Shown one piece after another: positions 59,108 to 64,000 of a DNA stretch of 64,000 nt. Location of the stretch: assembly GCA_035291465.1 (NCBI GenBank), contig DATDRZ010000001.1, forward strand, positions 7,616 through 71,615, in the 5' to 3' direction. The notes below the pieces were generated by a model. It ran no database searches and was not told the DNA's origin. It worked only from the letters and a program-made list of their open reading frames with translations. Numbering within the stretch: the first letter of the stretch is position 1; each line of letters begins with the position of its first letter. The position numbers and the translations under genes were made by a program. The stretch is from Anaerolineales bacterium. GTDB lineage: Bacteria; Chloroflexota; Anaerolineae; Anaerolineales; UBA11579.

Positions 59108-60168
59108 GCCAGGCCTCTCGTTCTGTGGAGGAAGACGACGCGCGCTTTTTGCGCGCCTGCAAACGTTTACCTGTTGACGCCACACCGGTATGGTTCATGC
59201 GCCAGGCCGGTCGTTACATGCCCGAATATCGCGCCGTTCGCGAGAAATTTAGCCTGCTCGAGATTGTCCAGCGTCCTGAGCTAGCCGCAGAAGTTACTGT
59301 GCAGCCGGTGTACGCGCACGGGGTGGACGCAGCCATCCTCTTTGCCGATATTTTGCTCCCCCTGATTCCCATGGGGTTGAAGCTCGAATTTGCCAAAGGT
59401 GAGGGTCCGCAAATTAACAATCCAATTCGCTCCCCTCAAGATGTCCAGGCCCTGCGACGGCCGGACGCCAGCACGGATTTGGGGTATGTCATGCAGGCCA
59501 TCCAGATTTTGCGCCGAGAACTCCCCCGAAAAGTTCCCTTGATAGGCTTTGCGGGCGCTCCCTTCACAGTAGCCAGTTATATGGTGGAGGGCGGCCCCTC
59601 CAAGGATCACCGAAAAACCAAGAGCATGATGTATGGGCGGCCCATGGCTTGGCATGCTTTGATGGAGAAATTAGCCGGCGTGCTCAGTGATTATTTGCTG
59701 GCTCAGATTGATGCGGGCGCCCAGGCCGTGCAGCTCTTTGATTCCTGGGCAGGAGTGCTTGGGCCGCAGGATTATCGGCGCTTTGCGCTCCCCTATTCAC
59801 AACGTGTGCTTGCGGCCGCCGCCAAATCTGGTGTGCCCGTCATCCATTTTGGAACAAACACCGCCACATTACTTCCCGATATGAAGACCGCCGGGGGCAC
59901 AGTGATCGGCTTGGATTGGCGCGTGCCTCTGGATCAAGGGTGGGCGTTGCCTGGCCCTCATGTTGCTGTGCAAGGTAATTTGGATCCGGCCGTTCTTTTA
60001 GCCCCGCTGGCTGAACTAAAAAAACAAGTGCGCGATGTACTTGATCGAGCCAAAGGGCGCCCCGGCCACATCTTTAATCTTGGGCATGGCATTCTCACGG
60101 ACACCCCGGCTGAGAATGTGCGAGCAGTTGTAAAAATGGTCCACGAATGGACGAGCCGCGAGCATTAA
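59104..60168 (+). CDS. hemE: uroporphyrinogen decarboxylase
   Basis: [16 protein letters not shown]...[10 protein letters not shown]...[21 protein letters not shown] overlap with hemB. Confidence 0.93.
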   Translation: MSQASRSVEEDDARFLRACKRLPVDATPVWFMRQAGRYMPEYRAVREKFSLLEIVQRPELAAEVTVQPVYAHGVDAAILFADILLPLIPMGLKLEFAKGEGPQINNPIRSPQDVQALRRPDASTDLGYVMQAIQILRRELPRKVPLIGFAGAPFTVASYMVEGGPSKDHRKTKSMMYGRPMAWHALMEKLAGVLSDYLLAQIDAGAQAVQLFDSWAGVLGPQDYRRFALPYSQRVLAAAAKSGVPVIHFGTNTATLLPDMKTAGGTVIGLDWRVPLDQGWALPGPHVAVQGNLDPAVLLAPLAELKKQVRDVLDRAKGRPGHIFNLGHGILTDTPAENVRAVVKMVHEWTSREH

Positions 60169-60190
60169 CCGAAATAACGTGCCTGATTTT

Positions 60191-61480
60191 ATGAAAACTG
60201 ACCGATCGACCGCCCTGTTTGCCCGTGCCCTGGAATTGTTCCCCGGGGGAGTAAACTCTCCGGTACGCGCTTTCCGTGCTGTGGGAGGAAAGCCTCATTT
60301 TATTGAGCGTGGCGAGGGGGCCTATTTAGTGGACGTGGATGGCAACCGCTTTATCGATTACGTACTTTCGTGGGGTCCTCTTATCTTGGGTCACGCACAC
60401 CCGTTGGTGGTGGCCGCTCTCGAAAAAAGTATTCAGGAGGGGACCAGTTTTGGAGCGCCCAGCCCCCTAGAAGTCGAATTAGCCGAGCTTATCCAACAAG
60501 CCATGCCGGGCATGGAAATGATGCGCTTCGTCAACTCAGGTACTGAGGCCACCATGAGCGCGCTTCGCCTGGCGCGTGCCTACACCGGCCGAAACAAGAT
60601 CATCAAGTTTGAAGGTTGCTATCACGGCCACGCCGATTTGCTCCTGGTGCAGGCTGGGTCTGGCGTGGCCACCTTGGGTCTCCCTGATTCCCCCGGCGTG
60701 CCCCCATCCACCACCCGCGACACCCTTGTGGCACGATATAACGATCTGGATTCGGTAGCAGCTTTGTTCGGCCATTACGCCACGGAGATCGCTGCCGTGA
60801 TTGTCGAGCCAGTGGCGGGAAACATGGGCGTTGTGCCGCCTCAATATGGGTTTCTGGCAGACTTGCGCCAGCTTACCGAGCGGCATGATGCCCTCTTGAT
60901 TTTTGATGAGGTAATGACTGGCTTCCGTGTTCATCCAGGCGGGGCGCAATCCCTTTACAAAATCAACCCAGACATTACTACACTGGGAAAGGTAATTGGA
61001 GGTGGGTTGCCCGTTGGTGCCTATGGCGGACGCCGAGATATCATGAAATTGGTCGCGCCCTCTGGAACTGTCTACCAGGCAGGAACACTTTCAGGAAATC
61101 CATTGGCCATGTCTGCAGGTATCGCCACGCTCAAAGTCTTGCAGACAGTAGGGATTTGGGAGAAGGTGGATGCCGGGGCCAATAGGATAGTCAATGGAAT
61201 CGAAAAGGCAGCCAGGCAGGCTCAGATTAATGTAAGGACAACCCGAGTTGGCACGATGTTTTCAGTGTTTTTCACCGATCAGGATATTGCCGATTGGAAC
61301 TCTGTGGCGAGTTGCGACACAAATCTTTTTTCAACATATTTTTTAACAATGTTGGAAAATGGTGTTTACATGCCTCCCTCACAGTTTGAGGCGAATTTTG
61401 TATCGCTTGCCCACTCGAGCGAAATTATCGAGAAAACACTAAAAGCCGCAGAACGAGCATTTTATCGCATTGCCAGATAA
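60191..61480 (+). CDS. hemL: glutamate-1-semialdehyde 2,1-aminomutase
   Basis: [12 protein letters not shown]...[20 protein letters not shown]...[11 protein letters not shown]...[17 protein letters not shown]. Confidence 0.93.
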   Translation: MKTDRSTALFARALELFPGGVNSPVRAFRAVGGKPHFIERGEGAYLVDVDGNRFIDYVLSWGPLILGHAHPLVVAALEKSIQEGTSFGAPSPLEVELAELIQQAMPGMEMMRFVNSGTEATMSALRLARAYTGRNKIIKFEGCYHGHADLLLVQAGSGVATLGLPDSPGVPPSTTRDTLVARYNDLDSVAALFGHYATEIAAVIVEPVAGNMGVVPPQYGFLADLRQLTERHDALLIFDEVMTGFRVHPGGAQSLYKINPDITTLGKVIGGGLPVGAYGGRRDIMKLVAPSGTVYQAGTLSGNPLAMSAGIATLKVLQTVGIWEKVDAGANRIVNGIEKAARQAQINVRTTRVGTMFSVFFTDQDIADWNSVASCDTNLFSTYFLTMLENGVYMPPSQFEANFVSLAHSSEIIEKTLKAAERAFYRIAR

Positions 61481-61513
61481 AAACATATATGTGCTTTTTA
61501 TGAAGGAGGTCGC

Positions 61514-61852
61514 ATGGAACAAATCAAAGTAGCCAACGATGGAACCAGTTCACCCCCGGTTTTAGCTTTTGGCACTACGGTTCTTGGAGTACCCCTGCTA
61601 TTAACTGCGGTGCGGTGCACTCTTCAATATATTGTGGCGCCATTCGTGCTCCCGCTCTTCAGTGTTAGTGGATCGTTTTCGCCCACGGTTAACATTTTGG
61701 CCGGGGTTTTCAGCCTCGGCGTGATCTTTTACAACCTAATGCGCCTTTGGCGCACCAACTGGCGTAACCGCTATTTGCTGCTGAGCTTGTTTGTGATTCC
61801 GGTTGTTCTGGGCTCAATTTACCTTGATTATTTGACCTATTTATCCTTCTAG
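61514..61852 (+). CDS. small integral membrane protein (about 3 TM), function unknown
   Basis: GAAGGAGG RBS. 112 aa with three hydrophobic helices. It lies between hemL and the radical SAM gene. Confidence 0.5.
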   Translation: MEQIKVANDGTSSPPVLAFGTTVLGVPLLLTAVRCTLQYIVAPFVLPLFSVSGSFSPTVNILAGVFSLGVIFYNLMRLWRTNWRNRYLLLSLFVIPVVLGSIYLDYLTYLSF

Positions 61853-61899
61853 GTACAGCGACGTGGTTGATGTAATTCAAGCCATAGAGGAAAAAAGAG

Positions 61900-63060
61900 A
61901 TGGTACTAAATCCTAACTTGACGGGACGCGCTGGCACTGAACGCACATACCATGATGAACGTATGATGCACGCCGACTTTGACCAGGCCCCCTTTAGCAT
62001 TGCCTGGGAGGTAACCCGGGCGTGTGCATATGCGTGTGTACATTGCCGCGCAGACGCACAACCCCGCCGTGACCCGCGTGAACTATCCACCTATGAGGCT
62101 AAGGCCTTGATTGAACGCTTTGCCGCGTTCGGCAATAGTCCGATCCTGATTTTCACGGGCGGCGATCCGCTAATGCGCCCGGATCTTTTTGAGTTGATCG
62201 CTTACGCAACTGAGCGTGGCCTGCGTTGCTCCCTCACACCAACGGCGACCGCTTTGCCCACACGGGAACGACTTGAGAAAGCGCTCCACGCAGGGATCCG
62301 CCGCGTTGCGCTTTCGCTGGACGCGCCGCGTGCGAGAATCCACGACGACTTTCGTAAAGTGAGAGGCTCATGGCAGCGCACTATGGACACCCTCCATCGC
62401 GCCCATGATGTTGGACTGAGCGTGCAAGTTAACACTACCGTGGCCAAACACAACATCGACATTTTGCACGAAATGGTGCCGTTCATTCAGGAGGTTGGAG
62501 CCGTGCAATGGTCGGTCTTCTTTCTTGTTCCTACCGGACGCGCTATGGTGGAACAGATGGTTTCGGCTGAACAGCACGAGCAGGTATTCAATTGGCTCTA
62601 CGACCTTGCCCAGATTGCGTCTTTCGATATTAAAGCTACTGCCGCACCCATGTACCGCCGCGTAGCTATTGAACGGAAACGCACACAGAGTACAGGCAAA
62701 CCTGTCACGTTCCAAGGCGCGGGTTTCCAATTTGCAGACGGGCTCCACCGCCCTACCAAAGGTGTGAATGATGGCAACGGCTTCCTGTTCGTCTCGCATA
62801 TCGGAGAAATTCAACCCTCTGGATTTCTGCCGGTCACGGCGGTGATGGTGCGCGAGCATGACATTGTGGATGTCTACCGCACATTCCAAATTTTTAGAGA
62901 TCTGCGAAATCCCGATAAATATAAGGGAGTCTGTGGTACGTGTGAATTCCGTGAGGTGTGTGGTGGTCAGCGTGGACGCGCCTATAGCATCACAGGCGAT
63001 TATCTAGAAAGCGACCCTGCCTGCGTGCTGGTGAGCAGGAAACAAAATCATAATTCCTAG
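61900..63060 (+). CDS. radical SAM/SPASM-domain enzyme, AhbD/NirJ-like
   Basis: CxxxCxxC cluster motif TRACAYACVHC. GGDPLMRPD (SAM-binding GGE-like). C-terminal SPASM-type CGTCEFREVCGGQRGRAYSITGDYLESDPAC. Confidence 0.8.
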   Translation: MVLNPNLTGRAGTERTYHDERMMHADFDQAPFSIAWEVTRACAYACVHCRADAQPRRDPRELSTYEAKALIERFAAFGNSPILIFTGGDPLMRPDLFELIAYATERGLRCSLTPTATALPTRERLEKALHAGIRRVALSLDAPRARIHDDFRKVRGSWQRTMDTLHRAHDVGLSVQVNTTVAKHNIDILHEMVPFIQEVGAVQWSVFFLVPTGRAMVEQMVSAEQHEQVFNWLYDLAQIASFDIKATAAPMYRRVAIERKRTQSTGKPVTFQGAGFQFADGLHRPTKGVNDGNGFLFVSHIGEIQPSGFLPVTAVMVREHDIVDVYRTFQIFRDLRNPDKYKGVCGTCEFREVCGGQRGRAYSITGDYLESDPACVLVSRKQNHNS

Positions 63061-63071
63061 AGGCGTACATC

Positions 63072-63170
63072 ATGAATATCACAACTCATCTTTTGACTCT
63101 TGCCTTGCCGTCCCCAAAACCAGGCTTCCCTTGTTGTGGGCCTGCTGTCGCGAAGCCCGCAAGATTATGA
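63072..63170 (+). CDS. candidate 32-aa peptide ORF (MNITTHLLTLALPSPKPGFPCCGPAVAKPARL)
   Basis: ATG at 63072 lies 9 nt after GAGG and 12 nt after the radical SAM stop. It is below the ORF-track length cutoff. No other support. Confidence 0.2.
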   Translation: MNITTHLLTLALPSPKPGFPCCGPAVAKPARL

Positions 63171-63188
63171 AAACCTGGTCACAGAAAT

Positions 63189-63605
63189 ATGGAAATTAAT
63201 CCCCTTGGCTTGATCTCGGCCGCGATCGCTTTCTTAAGCATATGGATTGGGCACGTCTCCGTCCGTAAGATTGAAGCGATAACAGTGGCACTGTGGAAAC
63301 CAATGACGATCTTGATAACTTTTGGGCTTGCCCTGGAATATGCCGCTCTCTCTGTTTCCAACCAGTCGTTGGCCGCGGTTTTTGGGATCCTCGGTGTCAC
63401 CCTGCTCTGGGACGCTTTTGAGATCAAACGCCAGGCCCATCGCGTCCGTAAAGGACATGCACCAGCCAATCCAAATAACACGCGCCATGCGGCCATGCTG
63501 GCCGAACCTAACTCGCGCGCCACAACCCTCAACATCCTCAATCGATATCCGATTGGCCGGGCGGTTGACCCCGAAGAAGCCGTTAGGCTGATAACAAGTC
63601 ACTGA
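63189..63605 (+). CDS. small membrane protein, paralog A
   Basis: 138 aa, about 3 TM. GILGVTLLWDAFEIKRQAHRVRKGHAP aligns with paralog B. No obvious SD. Confidence 0.55.
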   Translation: MEINPLGLISAAIAFLSIWIGHVSVRKIEAITVALWKPMTILITFGLALEYAALSVSNQSLAAVFGILGVTLLWDAFEIKRQAHRVRKGHAPANPNNTRHAAMLAEPNSRATTLNILNRYPIGRAVDPEEAVRLITSH

Positions 63606-63619
63606 TTCTTGAAAACTCT

Positions 63620-63952
63620 ATGAATGCATTCGGGTTGATCGTCGGCGTTGCAACCTTGCTCATTATTGGGCTTGGTTTCCCCCTTGTCATTCAAGGTGAG
63701 CGTCGCTTTGGGTATTTGTGGTGGCCTTATATGCTGGGCATTGGCATCCTAATCATTGGTATCTCGCTTTTCGTTCCTGTTGATTGGCTATCAGTCGTGA
63801 TCGGGGCCTTAGGTGCCACCTTCGTCTGGGGTTCGACTGAACTCAAAGAACAAGCCATCCGGGCCGAGGTCGGCTGGTTTCCATTCAATGCCAATAAAAT
63901 CAAACCACCCTTCGAGGCGATCATCCAAAGGTGGAAAGCCCCGCATTTGTAA
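63620..63952 (+). CDS. small membrane protein, paralog B
   Basis: 110 aa, about 3 TM. GALGATFVWGSTELKEQAIRAEVGWFP aligns with paralog A. Confidence 0.55.
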   Translation: MNAFGLIVGVATLLIIGLGFPLVIQGERRFGYLWWPYMLGIGILIIGISLFVPVDWLSVVIGALGATFVWGSTELKEQAIRAEVGWFPFNANKIKPPFEAIIQRWKAPHL

Positions 63953-63968
63953 CTATGATGATTCACAG

Positions 63969-64000
63969 ATGAAGGCAAAACATATCCTCGTCGTTGGCGG
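63969..64000 (+). CDS. 5' end of an ORF with a Rossmann-type start (MKAKHILVVGG...), truncated by the window
   Basis: ATG at 63969. Only about 10 codons are visible. It is compatible with an FAD oxidase such as coproporphyrinogen oxidase, but this cannot be decided. Confidence 0.25.
   Translation, partial: MKAKHILVVG

Overview
This 64-kb window is mostly core chromosome from a moderately GC-rich bacterium. Gene content and several short intergenic repeat families suggest a Chloroflexota (Anaerolineae-like) genome, but that is inference only. All calls come from reading the ORF translations and the DNA by eye; no searches were run. About 70 protein genes can be supported.

Main blocks, in order:
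- A GT2 plus GT-C membrane glycosylation pair.
- tsaC, prmC and prfA.
- An sbcC-like ATPase with no adjacent sbcD, followed by a Tag-like glycosylase that lacks the zinc-site segments.
- A co-directional run of four exported cell-wall enzymes: three paralogous LysM-M23 lipoproteins and one Tat-signal beta-lactamase-fold protein.
- A fused formimidoyltransferase-cyclodeaminase (ftcD). It is flanked by two copies of a roughly 200-bp inverted-repeat element and preceded by a 35-codon upstream ORF that copies its first 11 codons.
- dcd, thrB, thrC, a comEA-like gene and an aconitase.
- A long minus-strand signalling array: MshEN-domain histidine kinase, GAF histidine kinase, OmpR regulator, double-HTH regulator, a small ORF, and a REC-PAS-GAF-GAF-HD-GYP protein.
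- gyrA, birA, and the conserved rpsB-tsf-pyrH-frr-uppS-cdsA block, then glpX.
- A SAM-I riboswitch with a terminator/antiterminator platform ahead of metK, then trxA and tRNA-Lys(UUU).
- A ten-gene heme cluster of the coproporphyrin-dependent type (chdC, cpfC, hemA, C, D, B, E, L). It ends with an AhbD/NirJ-like radical SAM/SPASM enzyme, a possible 32-aa Cys-Cys peptide ORF, two paralogous small membrane proteins, and the start of a Rossmann-type ORF.

No CRISPR array, rRNA, integrase or transposase gene is visible.

The best candidates for new biology are:
1. The histidine kinase that appears to sense c-di-GMP, sitting in the same array as an HD-GYP phosphodiesterase.
2. The radical SAM/SPASM module inside the heme cluster.
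3. The ftcD leader ORF and its flanking repeats.
4. The GGGTGCAATT repeat array beside tRNA-Lys.
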